A stretch of 60,646 bases of DNA from contig JANNPN010000460.1 of assembly GCA_031400185.1 (NCBI GenBank), positions 1-60,646 on the forward strand. Direction: 5' to 3'. This document shows, in pieces, positions 1 through 9,890 of this stretch (position 1 is the first letter of the stretch; each line of letters starts with the position of its first letter). A model generated the notes under the pieces. It was given only the letters and a program-made list of their open reading frames with translations. It was not told where the DNA came from and ran no database searches. The stretch comes from Polyangiaceae bacterium. GTDB lineage: Bacteria; Desulfobacterota; Binatia; UTPRO1. The position numbers and the translations under genes were made by a program.

Positions 1-667
1 ATGAAAAACGCGGGCCAGCCGATGCTCTCGGCCAGCACGCCGGCCAGCGGCCCGACGTGGCCTCGATCGTCGCGTACTCGGCGTGTTGCATCAGGGTCGG
101 CGGACGACCCACCGGGTGCTCGCGGAACGGAAGGCCGACGCTCCCGGGGTTCACGATCAGGATGCCGTTGTGCTGGCGGGCCATCTGGAGATGGGTGTGG
201 CCGCCGGCCATGACGGTGCCGCGGCGATGGAGCAGCATCTCGTCGACTTCCTCGGGCGGTGTGGTCGCGAGCAGGTCCTCCATGTGGGAGCGCAGCGTAC
301 CGTGGTAGAGCACGAGCGTCGCGCCATCACCGAGCGGCAGCTCGAGGTTCGGCCTGAACGTGCGGAGGAACGCGACCTCGTCGACGGAGAGCCGGGCGCG
401 GCACCACTCGACGCTGTCCACCACGACCGGAACCTCGGTGTAGCTGTGGATGAGGTCGGGGTTCAGCATGAAGTCGTCGTGGTTCCCGAGTATGCGGTGG
501 GTGGTGCGCTCGCGGAGGAGTTGGATCACGGCGTTCGGCTGCGGCCCGAGCGTCGCGACGTCGCCGAGGCAGATCACTTGATCGCACCCGACGCGATCGA
601 TGTCGGCGAGCACGGCCCGCAAGGCGACCTCGTTGGCGTGAAGGTCCGAAATCAGCGCAATCCGCAT
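1..667 (-). CDS. Metallophosphoesterase (calcineurin-like, YfcE/MJ0936 type), 3' end runs off the window
   Basis: Not in the ORF track. Manual translation from ATG 667: MRIALISDLHANEVAL...CLGDVATLGPQP...ILGNHDD...YHGT...GGHTHLQ...NPGSVG. This contains the DxH, GD, GNH and GHTH metal-binding motifs. Confidence 0.9.
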   Translation of the reverse strand, partial: MRIALISDLHANEVALRAVLADIDRVGCDQVICLGDVATLGPQPNAVIQLLRERTTHRILGNHDDFMLNPDLIHSYTEVPVVVDSVEWCRARLSVDEVAFLRTFRPNLELPLGDGATLVLYHGTLRSHMEDLLATTPPEEVDEMLLHRRGTVMAGGHTHLQMARQHNGILIVNPGSVGLPFREHPVGRPPTLMQHAEYATIEATSGRWPACWPRASAGPRFS

Positions 668-968
668 GGTCTATAGATGCCTCGGCGCCGGCTCGCCGGT
701 CCAGCACCTGAAAAAGGGGGCGAAAGAAGGTGCCATGGGGAAGCACGTTGCCGCGCGTCGCGCGAGGACGGCGCGTCTCCTTTTGCAGCAGATTTCATGC
801 GGGTTTAGGTAAGTCAATCGCATCACGCATCGCATCTGCTGCGGCATCATCCGAGTTGCATGGTCCCGTACGTTTTCCGCGTTGAAGTCCACGACGCACC
901 ATGCCATCCAGGTAGTCGCACAATTCAGCGCCGTGGCGCTCCCACCCCACGGGACTACCGGATCCTGG

Positions 969-3900
969 ATGCTCCTCCCTCTACTGCTGCTCCTCTCCTT
1001 CGTGCTCGTGCACGCGCCCGACGCGGGTGCGGTCGTATTGCCGAGCGGGTTCCAGCAAACGACCGCGTTCTCCGGCCTGACCCAACCGACCGCCGTGCAG
1101 TTCGCGAGCAACGGCCGCGTCTACGTCGCCGAGAAGAGCGGCCTCATCAAGGTCTTCGAGTCGCTCTCCGACACGACCCCGACGATCTTCGCCGACCTCA
1201 CCACCTACACGCACAACTTCTGGGATCGCGGCCTCCTCGGGCTCGCGCTGCACCCGAACTTTCCCGCGACGCCGTACGTGTACGTGCTCTACGCGTTCGA
1301 CCACAAACCCGGTTCGGCGACGCCGACCTGGGGCACGCCCGGCGCGATCTCCGACCCCTGTCCGAGCCCTCCGGGTGACACCGCCGACGGCTGCGTCGTG
1401 CTCGGGCGCGTGTCGCGTCTCACGGCGGTCGGCGACCAGATGCTCGCGAACAGCGAGCAGGTGTTCATCGAGAACTACTGCCAGCAGTACCCGAGCCATT
1501 CGATCGGCACGCTGGCATTCGGCGCCGACGGCGCCCTCTACGTGAGCGGCGGCGACGGCGCGAGCTTCAACTTCGTCGATTACGGCCAGAAGGGGTACCC
1601 GCAGAAGAACCCCTGCGATGACCCGCCGACCGGGATCGGCACGACGCTCGCGCCGCCGACGTCCGAGGGCGGCGCGCTCCGTAGTCAGGACCTCCTCACG
1701 GCCGCCGACCCGCAGAGCTACGACGGCACCGTGCTGCGCCTCGATCCCGTGACCGGCACGCCGATGCCCGACAATCCGCTCGTCGGCGGCACGACGGTCG
1801 CCGACGACCCGATCATCGCGTACGGCCTCCGCAACCCGTTCCGCATGACGACGCGTCCCGGCACGAACGAGATCTGGGTCGGCGACGTCGGCTGGAACGA
1901 GTGGGAGGAGATCAATCGCGTCGCGGCGACCGGCGACATCTCGATCGAGAATTTCGGGTGGCCTTGCTACGAGGGCATCGGCAAACAGCCCGGCTATGAC
2001 GCCGCCAACCTGAACCTCTGCGAGGGCCTGTACGGCGCGCCCGGAACCGCCACCGACCCCTTCTACGCCTACAAGCACAGCGCCAAGGTCGTGCCCGACG
2101 AGGCCTGCGGGACGGGCAGCTCGTCCGTCACCGGCCTCGCCTTCTACGGGACCGGCGCGTACCCGACGAGCTACGACGGCGCGCTCTTCTTCGCCGACTA
2201 CGCGCGGAACTGCATCTGGACGGTGCCGCTCGGCCCGGACGGCGATCCGGACCTCGCGAGTCGCTTCACGTTCGCGTCGGCGGCGGCGACGCCCGTCGAC
2301 CTGAAGATCGGCCCGAACGGCGACCTCTTCTACGTCGACATAAGCGGCGGCAACGTCTTCCGCATCCGCTACACCGCCGGGACCGAGCCGCCGGTCGCGG
2401 CAATCGACGTCAACAAGACCGACGGACCGACGCCGCTCGTCGTGCAGTTCGACGGCTCGGGATCGTTCGACCCCGATCCCGGCGACACGCTCGCCTACAG
2501 CTGGGACCTCGACGGCAACGGCACCTTCGGCGACTCGACGCTGGTCGCGCCGAGCCGCACGTACAGCACGGCCGGCACCTACAAACCGAAACTCCGCGTG
2601 ACCGACCCGCACGGCGCGACCGCCCTCGCGTCCGTCACCATCACCGCGGGGAACACGCGCCCGACCGCGACGATCCTCACCCCGTCGGCGTCGACGACCT
2701 GGCACGCGGGGAGCGTCATCGGCTTCTCCGGGTCCGCGACCGATCCGCAACAGGGCACGCTCGGCTCGTCGGCGCTCACGTGGACGCTCGTGCTGCACCA
2801 CTGCCCAGCGAACTGCCACGAGCACACGGTGCAGTCGTTCACCGGCGCGAGCGGCTCGTTCATTGCGCCCGAGCACGAGTACCCGACGCACCTCGAGCTG
2901 CGACTCACCGCGACCGACGCAGGTGGGCTCACCGACACGAAGAGCGTCTTCCTCTATCCGCAGACGGTCGACTTGACGCTCGCGAGCGACCCGCCCGGTC
3001 TCGTCCTGGCCGCGGGTCCCGAGGAGAACACGACACCGTTCGTCCGCACCGAAATCGTCGGCTCGACGGTGTCGCTGTCGGCGCCGTCGCCGCAAACGCT
3101 GAACGGGAACGCCTACACGTTCGTGTCGTGGTCGGACGGCGGCGCGCGGAGCCACGAGGTCACGGCGCCCGCGAACGCCACGAGCTATGTGGCGCTCTTC
3201 GAGCTCGCGTGCGGCAACTGCGACGACGCGGACGTCTGCACGACGGACGCGTGCGACCCGGAGGACGGCTGCACGCACACCGCGGTCGCCGGCTGCTGCA
3301 CGACGAACGTCCAGTGCGACGACGGTCTCGCCTGCAACGGCGCCGAGACGTGCGAGACCGGGACGCACACCTGCATCCCCGGCGGTCTCACCTGCCCTCC
3401 GACGGCGACCGCGACCCCCTCGGCAACCGCGACCCGTACGCCTACGCCGACGACGACGCCGACGCGCACGGCCACCCGCACCGCGACCCCGACGCGCACG
3501 CGGACCCCAACGCCGACGCGCACCGCGACGCCGACGATCTCCCGCACGCCGACCCCGACGCGGACGGCGTCTCCGACGCGTACCGTCACGCCGACTGCGA
3601 CGATCTCCCGGACGCCGACGCCCACGCGGACCGCCTCTCCGACGCGGACCGCTTCGCCCACGCGGACCGCGTCGCCCACGGGGACCGCGTCGCCTACGGG
3701 GACCGCGTCGCCCACGGGGACCGCGTCGCCCACTGGGACCGCGACCGCCGTACCGACCGCGAGCCCGACGGCGACGGTAACCGCGTCGGCGAGTCCGACC
3801 GGGACCGCAACGCGAACGGCGACGCCGACCGTGAGCGCCACTGCGACGACCACCCCGACCGCCACCGGCACCGTGAGCGCCACCGCGACGCTCACGGTGA

Positions 3901-5921
3901 CACCGACCCCCACCGCAACGATCACCGTGACGCCGAGCGCGACGCACACCACGACCCCGACGCCAACCGCGACGGCGACCGCCACCAGCACCGCGACTCC
4001 GACGGCGTCCGCAACCGCAACCGCGACCCCCGTGCCGACCGCCACCGCGACGGCGACGACGACCGCGCTCCCGAGCAGCACGGGGACCACGACCGCCACG
4101 CCGACGCCAACCCGCACCACGACGGCCACGCCCACGGCCGCCCCAACCACGACGCCGACGGTGAGCCCTACCGCGACCGCCACGCCGACCGCGGTCGCCA
4201 CCGCCACCACGACCGCAACGGTCACGGCGGTGCCGACGACCACGTCGACCGCGACCACGACGGCGACCGCGACGCCGGTCGCAACCGCCACTGTCACCTC
4301 GACCCGGAGTGCCACGCCGACGCAGACCGCGACGCCCGTCCCGACCGCGACGACGACGACGACGACGACGCCGCTGCCGAGCCCGACCGCGACGCCGACC
4401 GCGCTGCCGACGGTCACCGTGACGGCGACCGTGATTCCGACGACGACTGCGACGGCGACGGCGCTGCCTACCACGACGCAGACGCCGCCGCCGGCGGTCA
4501 CCGCGACACCGACGCCCGGTCCCGCGGTCGGCGGATGCGCCGGCGCCGTCGGCATCCCCGCCGCGGGCGGCACGTTCACCGGTACGACGAGCGGCACCAG
4601 CACGCTCGCCGGCGCCTGCGCCGACAGCGGGTCCGCGCCCGAGCGCGTCTTCGCATGGACGCCGGCCGTCTCGGGTCTCGCGACGATCCAGACCTGCAAC
4701 GGCGACGCGACGAGCTACGACTCGGTCGTCTATCTGCGCTCGATCGATTGCGCGAGCGGCCCGGAGGTCGCGTGCAACGACGACGCCGCCGGCTGCTTCA
4801 CGAGCGAGCCGAACGACCACCACGCCTCGCGGCTGACGGCGAACGTCGTCGCGGGCCGCACGTACTTCATCGTGGTCGACGGCTACGCGACGAGCAGCGG
4901 CGACTTCAGCCTGACGGTCACGCCGCCCGCCGCGGGCGGCCCGTCACCGACGCCGACGCCCGTGACCGGCGCCTGCCAGAACCCGACGGTGATCCCGCCG
5001 GACGGCGGCTCGTTCAGCGGCACGACGAGCGGTGGCAGCACGCTCGCGGGCACCTGCGCCAACAGCATCGACGCGCCAGAGCGCGTGTTCCAGTGGACGC
5101 CGTCGGTGTCGGGCGCCGCGCTCATCCAGACCTGCAACGGTACCGACACGGCCTACGACACGGTCATGTACCTGCGCCACGGCGACTGCGCCGCCGGTCC
5201 CGAGATCGTCTGCAACGACGACGCGGCCGGCTGCTTCACGAGCGAGCCGAACGACCACCACGCCTCGCGCCTCACCGCCAACGTGATCGCGGGCGAAACG
5301 TACTTCATCGTCGTCGACGGCTACGCGACGAGCGCCGGCGACTTCCAGCTGTCGGTCCAGCCGCCCGCGACCGGTCCGACCGCGGCCGCGACGACGACGC
5401 CGCTGCCCATCACGACGCCAAACGCGACGACCACGGCGGTCGCGGCGAGCCCGACCGCGGCCGGCCCCACTCCGACGGGGGGTGCCCCGCAGCCGACGCC
5501 GACGAGCACGCCGGTGACCGGCACGTGCACCGCGCCGATCGTGCTGCCCGCGGCGGGCGGCACGTTCACGGGCACGACCGAGGGGACGAGCGCGCTCGCC
5601 GGCAACTGCGCGTCGAGCAACCAGGCCCCCGAGGTCGTCTTCGCGTGGACGCCATCGACCTCCGGCTTCGCGTTCATCAACACCTGCGGCGCCGGCACGA
5701 GCTACGACACGGTGATGTACGTTCGCACCGGCACGTGCGGCGGAGCCGAAGCCACGTGCAACGACGACACGCAGGGATGTACGACCGGCGAGCCGAGCCT
5801 CTACCACGGCTCGCAGGTATCGCTGGCCGTGACGGCTGGCGAGACGTATCTGATCGTCGTCGACGGCTATGCCGAGCGTCGCGGCACGTTCAGCCTGAGC
5901 GTCACCCCGCCGCCGCTGTAG
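969..5921 (+). CDS. Large secreted/surface protein: PQQ-dependent glucose/sorbosone dehydrogenase (GSDH)-like propeller, PKD domain, Cys-rich module, Thr/Pro/Ala stalk and three PPC-like beta-sandwich repeats
   Basis: Signal peptide [21 protein letters not shown] from ATG 969 (track starts at 882). GSDH motifs include [34 protein letters not shown] and YGLRNPFR...[19 protein letters not shown] motif is [10 protein letters not shown]...YSWDLDGNG...TYSTAGTY...LRVTD. Confidence 0.85.
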   Translation: MLLPLLLLLSFVLVHAPDAGAVVLPSGFQQTTAFSGLTQPTAVQFASNGRVYVAEKSGLIKVFESLSDTTPTIFADLTTYTHNFWDRGLLGLALHPNFPATPYVYVLYAFDHKPGSATPTWGTPGAISDPCPSPPGDTADGCVVLGRVSRLTAVGDQMLANSEQVFIENYCQQYPSHSIGTLAFGADGALYVSGGDGASFNFVDYGQKGYPQKNPCDDPPTGIGTTLAPPTSEGGALRSQDLLTAADPQSYDGTVLRLDPVTGTPMPDNPLVGGTTVADDPIIAYGLRNPFRMTTRPGTNEIWVGDVGWNEWEEINRVAATGDISIENFGWPCYEGIGKQPGYDAANLNLCEGLYGAPGTATDPFYAYKHSAKVVPDEACGTGSSSVTGLAFYGTGAYPTSYDGALFFADYARNCIWTVPLGPDGDPDLASRFTFASAAATPVDLKIGPNGDLFYVDISGGNVFRIRYTAGTEPPVAAIDVNKTDGPTPLVVQFDGSGSFDPDPGDTLAYSWDLDGNGTFGDSTLVAPSRTYSTAGTYKPKLRVTDPHGATALASVTITAGNTRPTATILTPSASTTWHAGSVIGFSGSATDPQQGTLGSSALTWTLVLHHCPANCHEHTVQSFTGASGSFIAPEHEYPTHLELRLTATDAGGLTDTKSVFLYPQTVDLTLASDPPGLVLAAGPEENTTPFVRTEIVGSTVSLSAPSPQTLNGNAYTFVSWSDGGARSHEVTAPANATSYVALFELACGNCDDADVCTTDACDPEDGCTHTAVAGCCTTNVQCDDGLACNGAETCETGTHTCIPGGLTCPPTATATPSATATRTPTPTTTPTRTATRTATPTRTRTPTPTRTATPTISRTPTPTRTASPTRTVTPTATISRTPTPTRTASPTRTASPTRTASPTGTASPTGTASPTGTASPTGTATAVPTASPTATVTASASPTGTATRTATPTVSATATTTPTATGTVSATATLTVTPTPTATITVTPSATHTTTPTPTATATATSTATPTASATATATPVPTATATATTTALPSSTGTTTATPTPTRTTTATPTAAPTTTPTVSPTATATPTAVATATTTATVTAVPTTTSTATTTATATPVATATVTSTRSATPTQTATPVPTATTTTTTTPLPSPTATPTALPTVTVTATVIPTTTATATALPTTTQTPPPAVTATPTPGPAVGGCAGAVGIPAAGGTFTGTTSGTSTLAGACADSGSAPERVFAWTPAVSGLATIQTCNGDATSYDSVVYLRSIDCASGPEVACNDDAAGCFTSEPNDHHASRLTANVVAGRTYFIVVDGYATSSGDFSLTVTPPAAGGPSPTPTPVTGACQNPTVIPPDGGSFSGTTSGGSTLAGTCANSIDAPERVFQWTPSVSGAALIQTCNGTDTAYDTVMYLRHGDCAAGPEIVCNDDAAGCFTSEPNDHHASRLTANVIAGETYFIVVDGYATSAGDFQLSVQPPATGPTAAATTTPLPITTPNATTTAVAASPTAAGPTPTGGAPQPTPTSTPVTGTCTAPIVLPAAGGTFTGTTEGTSALAGNCASSNQAPEVVFAWTPSTSGFAFINTCGAGTSYDTVMYVRTGTCGGAEATCNDDTQGCTTGEPSLYHGSQVSLAVTAGETYLIVVDGYAERRGTFSLSVTPPPL
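3404..4520 (+). repeat. Low-complexity Thr/Pro/Ala coding stalk (about 370 aa) containing 6 x 18-bp tandem units (ASPT[R/G]T) at 3633-3740
   Basis: Units gcctctccgacgcggacc, gcttcgcccacgcggacc, gcgtcgcccacggggacc and similar are seen directly, with no unique spacers between them. Confidence 0.9.
4536..5915 (+). repeat. Three copies of a roughly 130-aa domain (starting near 4536, 4974 and 5526)
   Basis: Shared pattern C...[12 protein letters not shown]...APExVFxWTP...YDTVxYxR...CNDD...TYxIVVDGY...F.L.V.PP. Copies 1 and 2 share [25 protein letters not shown] exactly. Confidence 0.9.
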
Positions 5922-5945
5922 GGAGGCCGCCGGCGTCGCTCCGGC

Positions 5946-6995
5946 TCACTTCGCCGGGACGATGCCCTGCTCGATCATCGTGCGCGCGGTGTCGAGGATG
6001 CTGTCGCGGACCGGACGCATGCGCCAGCCGAGCTCGCGTTGCGCCTTCGCCGAGCTCACGAGCTCGCGGCGCCCGACGAACGTCATGGCGAGATTCACCG
6101 CTTTGTCGAACCAGGCGATGATCCACATGAGGAAATAGGGAAGCTTGCCCGTCGGGACGCGATAGCCGCGCGGGTTGTACTCGGCGGCGAGGATCTTCGC
6201 GATGTCCTGCACCCAGATGTGCTCGCCGGCGCAGATGTAGCGGTTGCCGGGAGCCTCGGGTCGCTCCATCGCGAGACGGTGCGCGGTCGCGACGTCGCGC
6301 ACGTCGACCGGCGCGAAGCCGATCTCGGGACAGGCGGGCATGTCGCGGACCATGAGCTTCCGGATGAGCTCGCCCGAGGTGCCCTGGTCGGCGTTCAGAA
6401 GCGGACCCAGGACGAAGCCCGGATTGATGACGGCGAGCTCGAAGCGCTGGCTCGGCGGAAGCTTCGCCACGAGATCCCACGCCGCGCGCTCGGCGAGCGT
6501 CTTGCTCTTCGGATAGGGATCGCAGTGGGCGGGATCCGACCAGTCGTCCTCGGTACGGACCTTGTCCTGCCCTTGCGTGTGGCCGAACGCGACCGCCGCG
6601 ACCGACGACGTCATCACGACCCGTTTCACGGTGCCCGACGCCGCGCACGCCTTCAGCACGCGCGTCGCGCCGTCGACCGCCGGGCGGATGAGCTCGTTCT
6701 CGTCCTTCGGCACCTCCGGCGGAAACGGCGATGCGACGTGCTGGACGTAGGTGCAGCCCGCAACCGCCTCGTTCCAGCCCGCGTCGGAGCTGAGGTTCGC
6801 CTCGACGAGCTCGAGCGCGCCGCCCATCTGGCTCGCCATGCGGCGGAGGTGCTCGGTCTTCGCGGCGTCCGCGAGGCTGCGAACGGTGCCGCGGACGCGG
6901 TAGCCCTGCTCCATCAGCTCGCGGATGCAGTGACCCGCGATGTAGCCGGTGGCGCCCGTCACCAGCACCAATGGCTTCGTTTGGTCGGCGGTCAT
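5946..6995 (-). CDS. Extended SDR / NAD-dependent epimerase (aldehyde reductase II, dihydroflavonol-reductase-like)
   Basis: VLVTGATGYIAG Rossmann motif, TSS, and YPKSK (YxxxK). AAGGAGG SD lies upstream of ATG 6995. Confidence 0.9.
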   Translation of the reverse strand: MTADQTKPLVLVTGATGYIAGHCIRELMEQGYRVRGTVRSLADAAKTEHLRRMASQMGGALELVEANLSSDAGWNEAVAGCTYVQHVASPFPPEVPKDENELIRPAVDGATRVLKACAASGTVKRVVMTSSVAAVAFGHTQGQDKVRTEDDWSDPAHCDPYPKSKTLAERAAWDLVAKLPPSQRFELAVINPGFVLGPLLNADQGTSGELIRKLMVRDMPACPEIGFAPVDVRDVATAHRLAMERPEAPGNRYICAGEHIWVQDIAKILAAEYNPRGYRVPTGKLPYFLMWIIAWFDKAVNLAMTFVGRRELVSSAKAQRELGWRMRPVRDSILDTARTMIEQGIVPAK

Positions 6996-7035
6996 GCGAT
7001 CGTCCTCCTTCGACACCGTGGTTGGGTCGCGCGGG

Positions 7036-7067
7036 AAGTTGACAGTATGACCAGTTATTGTCAAGTT
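7036..7067. promoter_or_regulatory. Palindromic operator between the divergent SDR and TetR genes (probable TetR site overlapping both -10-like boxes)
   Basis: AAGTTGACAGTATGACCAGTTATTGTCAAGTT contains TTGACA (7039-7044) and TGTCAA (7059-7064) in inverted orientation. TAnnnT hexamers occur on both strands (TATTGT and TACTGT). Confidence 0.7.
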
Positions 7068-7074
7068 CGTCTGC

Positions 7075-7725
7075 ATGGCCGGCTCTGCCCTGGCGCCCCG
7101 TCCGACCCGCCGCGATGCCACCCGCGAGGCGATCCTCGCCGCCGGCCTTCGCTGCTTCGGCCGTGACGGCTATCGTCGGACCGCCCTCGACCGGATCGCC
7201 CGCGAGGCCGGCATCTCCCGCGCCGCCCTCTATCTCCACTTCGCCAACAAGGAGGAGCTGTTCCGTGCCCTCGTCGACGACCTGCACGCGCGCGCGCTCA
7301 CCGATGCGAGCGCCGCCGCGCACGGCGACGGCCCCCTCGTCGACCGGCTGACCGCCGCCATGGTCGCCAAAACCGCCCGCTTCTTCGACCTGCTCCGCGC
7401 ATCCGAGCACGCCGAGGAGTTCCTCGACGAGAACCACCGGCTCTGCGGCGAGATCTCCTCGACCTGCGCCGCCAAGCACGCTCGGCTGCTCGCGCGCATG
7501 ATCGCGGCGGCCGCCGCAGCCGGCGAGATCTCACTGGCTGCGATCGGAGTCTCCGCGACCCAGATGGCCGAGCTGCTTCTCGACACCGCGGAAGGCATCA
7601 AGACCCGCCACCGTACGATCCTGTCGTCGGAAGCGTATCGGCGCCGTCTCGGAGAGTCCGTCCGCATCCTGCTCGCGGGGCTCGACCGTCCGTCCCTCGC
7701 GAAGCGGCGCCGACCGCGCGCCTGA
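7075..7725 (+). CDS. TetR/AcrR family transcriptional regulator
   Basis: N-terminal HTH: REAILAAGLRCFGRDGYRRTALDRIAREAGISRAALYLHFANKEELF. Confidence 0.93.
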   Translation: MAGSALAPRPTRRDATREAILAAGLRCFGRDGYRRTALDRIAREAGISRAALYLHFANKEELFRALVDDLHARALTDASAAAHGDGPLVDRLTAAMVAKTARFFDLLRASEHAEEFLDENHRLCGEISSTCAAKHARLLARMIAAAAAAGEISLAAIGVSATQMAELLLDTAEGIKTRHRTILSSEAYRRRLGESVRILLAGLDRPSLAKRRRPRA

Positions 7726-7886
7726 GGAGCCCACATTCACTCGGTCGGCGTCGCAGCTACACCGGCAGCGACAGCCGCTCCGGATCGACGACGAAGGAAC
7801 GCACCAGCTCTGCGTGCCGCGGGACACCGTCGCGGCGATCACCTACGCCACGATCGTACCGCATCCGGAGAGCACCGCGGCAGCGC

Positions 7887-9380
7887 TCACCCGTCGTCGA
7901 ACGCCTCGGCCAGGCGGACGATGCCCGCCCGGATGTCCGCTTCGGGGAGCGCGCCGTGGCCGACCAGCAGCGCTGCGCGCTCCGGAGGCCGGAGGTGGAG
8001 CCCGGTCGTCGAGTAGATGCCGACCTCGCGCGCGGCGGCGCGGCGGACGAGGCGCTCGACCGTCGCGGAGGCCGAGCGCCTCGGCACGAGCATGACGTGC
8101 AGTCCCGCCGCAGCGCCCGCGACGCGCACCCGGTCCCCGAGGTGCTCGGCGATCGCGGCGAGGAGCGTCGCGCGCCGGCTCGCGTGGCGGCGCCGCGTGC
8201 GGCGGAGGTGCACCTCGAGGTGGCCGCCCACGATGAAGTCGGCGAGCACACGCTGGCCGAAGCTCGCCGAACCGAGGTCGGCGGCCGTCTTGGCCATCGT
8301 CACCGCGCGCACCAGCGCGCGCGGTACGACGAGGTACCCGAGACGCAGCGCGGGGGCCAGGATCTTCGAAAAGCTCCCCACGTAGAAGACCCGGCCGGCA
8401 CCATCGAGCCCGTGGAGCGTCTCGAGCGGCGCGCCGGCGTACCGATACTCGCTGTCGTAGTCATCCTCGACGACGTACGCGCCCGCCTGCCGCGCCCAGT
8501 CGAGGAGCGCCAGGCGGCGTGCAAGCGGCAACACCGCGCCGGTCGGGAACTGGTGCGCAGGCGTGACATAGACGAGCCGCGGGCGGCGCCGCGACGCCGC
8601 GAGCCGCGCGACATCGAGCCCCGCCGCGTCGACGCGGATCGGTACGAGCGCGGCGCGCGCGGCCTCGAACGCCTGGCGCGCCCCGGCGTAGTGCGGTTCC
8701 TCCAGCGCAACGGCGTCCCCCGGCTCGAGCAGGAGGGTGGCCACGACACCGAGCGCTTGCTGCGAGCCGTTCGTCACGATCACCTGATCGGCGTCGCAGA
8801 CGAGGCCGCGCCAGCGCGTCAGGTGGTCGGCGATCGCGGCGCGGAGCTCGTGCAGGCCGGCCGAGTGCGCGTAGTCGAGAGCCGCCGCGTCGTCGAGTCG
8901 AGCGTGGCGTCGAACGAGACGCGCCCACACCGCGTGCGGGAAGTCGCGCCACGACGGCCGGCCGCACGTGAAGTCGTACCGGAGGCCGGGCTTGGTCGCG
9001 GTCCAGGACGCACCCCGCGCGGCCAGGTGCCGGCCGGCGCGCGAAAGGCGCGGCGCGATCGGCGACGGTGCCGTGCGTCGGCTCACTCGCGCGTCCGCCA
9101 CGCGTTCGTTCGTGGGTAGCTCGGACGCGACGTACGTCCCGGACCCGACGCGGCCGACCGCGTAGCCCTCGTCGACGAGCTGCGCATACGCGAGCACCAC
9201 GCGATTGCGGGCTACGCCGGTGTCCGACGCTACGATGCGGGTCGCGGGGAGGCGCGCGCCCGGCCGGATCCGGCCCATGAGGATCGCCCGCCGAAGCGAC
9301 CGATAGAGCTGACGGTAGAGCGGACCGCGGCCGTCCAGCGCCTCGAGCTGCACGGCAAATTGGATCTCATGAACTTTCAC
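7887..9380 (-). CDS. MocR/GabR (PdxR-like) GntR-family regulator with PLP-binding aminotransferase-like domain
   Basis: wHTH region PLYRQLYRSLRRAI...GARLPATR; YVTPAHQFPTG; EDDYDSEYRY; PLP lysine in SFSKILAPALRLG. Confidence 0.93.
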   Translation of the reverse strand: MKVHEIQFAVQLEALDGRGPLYRQLYRSLRRAILMGRIRPGARLPATRIVASDTGVARNRVVLAYAQLVDEGYAVGRVGSGTYVASELPTNERVADARVSRRTAPSPIAPRLSRAGRHLAARGASWTATKPGLRYDFTCGRPSWRDFPHAVWARLVRRHARLDDAAALDYAHSAGLHELRAAIADHLTRWRGLVCDADQVIVTNGSQQALGVVATLLLEPGDAVALEEPHYAGARQAFEAARAALVPIRVDAAGLDVARLAASRRRPRLVYVTPAHQFPTGAVLPLARRLALLDWARQAGAYVVEDDYDSEYRYAGAPLETLHGLDGAGRVFYVGSFSKILAPALRLGYLVVPRALVRAVTMAKTAADLGSASFGQRVLADFIVGGHLEVHLRRTRRRHASRRATLLAAIAEHLGDRVRVAGAAAGLHVMLVPRRSASATVERLVRRAAAREVGIYSTTGLHLRPPERAALLVGHGALPEADIRAGIVRLAEAFDDG

Positions 9381-9406
9381 GAATTGGAAGCTTGTTCAGG
9401 GCCAAT
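9361..9406. promoter_or_regulatory. Candidate MocR operator (direct plus inverted repeats)
   Basis: TGGA direct repeat (9361 and 9385) and ATTGG (9383-9387) / CCAAT (9402-9406) inverted repeat. They lie between and overlapping the divergent MocR and SnoaL starts. Confidence 0.45.
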
Positions 9407-9444
9407 CGACCGCGTAGTCGGCGACGTCAGGAGGAGCCCCATCG

Positions 9445-9888
9445 ATGACCGCTACGGATGCTCACCGCTGGATCGAGTGCTTTCACGCTTACGCCGCCGC
9501 GTTCGAGTCCGCCTACGCGACCGACGACTGGTCCCTGCTCGAGCCCTACTTCACCGAGGACGCCACCTCGGAGCTGAACGGCGCGCGCGTCGACGGCCGC
9601 GCCGCCGTGCTGGCGTCGTTTCGCGACGCGGTCCACATGTTCGACCGCCGGTTCGACTCGCGCCGGATGCGCCTCACGGCCGGCCCGGTCGTCGAGGACG
9701 ATCGGGTTCGCATCACCGCGGCCGTGCGCTACGAGCGCGCCGGGCTGGAGCCGCTCGAGCTCGTCGGCGACGAGTGGTTCACCTTCGAAGGCGACCGCAT
9801 CAAGCGTCACGTCGACCGCGTGCTGAACGGCGCCGAGGTAATGGGCTACCTGGCGCGGCACGGCGAGGCATTGCGCCCCATGGCATGA
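9445..9888 (+). CDS. NTF2/SnoaL-like protein
   Basis: 147 aa with pattern AFESAYATDDWSLLEPYFTEDA...VDGRAAV...EWFTFEGDRIKRHVD. Strong AGGAGGAG SD. Confidence 0.8.
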   Translation: MTATDAHRWIECFHAYAAAFESAYATDDWSLLEPYFTEDATSELNGARVDGRAAVLASFRDAVHMFDRRFDSRRMRLTAGPVVEDDRVRITAAVRYERAGLEPLELVGDEWFTFEGDRIKRHVDRVLNGAEVMGYLARHGEALRPMA

Positions 9889-9890
9889 CG

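Noticed and set aside
721-736. Sigma54 promoter TGGCACCTTCTTTCGC on the minus strand upstream of the phosphoesterase
   Set aside because: The GG-to-GC spacing is one base too long for a -24/-12 promoter.
668-968. Riboswitch (e.g. c-di-GMP) in the 300-bp spacer before the large surface protein
   Set aside because: I could not identify the conserved GEMM or other aptamer motifs by eye. An Infernal/Rfam scan would be needed to exclude one.
3404-4520. CRISPR array in the Thr/Pro repeat region or the 21-bp repeat at 32807-32890
   Set aside because: The units are contiguous, in frame and degenerate, with no unique spacers and no cas genes.
981-4823. Long antisense and alternate-frame ORFs (981-4823, 2780-6121, 3185-4699, 9360-12506, 12970-15087, 34292-36919, 58916-60634 and similar)
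   Set aside because: These are shadow ORFs of high-GC genes: Arg/Gly- or Val/Ala/Gly-rich translations with no motifs, fully overlapping well-supported genes.
7726-7886. Possible gene remnant (RIDDEGTHQLCVPRDTV) between tetR and mocR
   Set aside because: It is too short, has no start or SD, and shows no recognisable family motif beyond LCVP.
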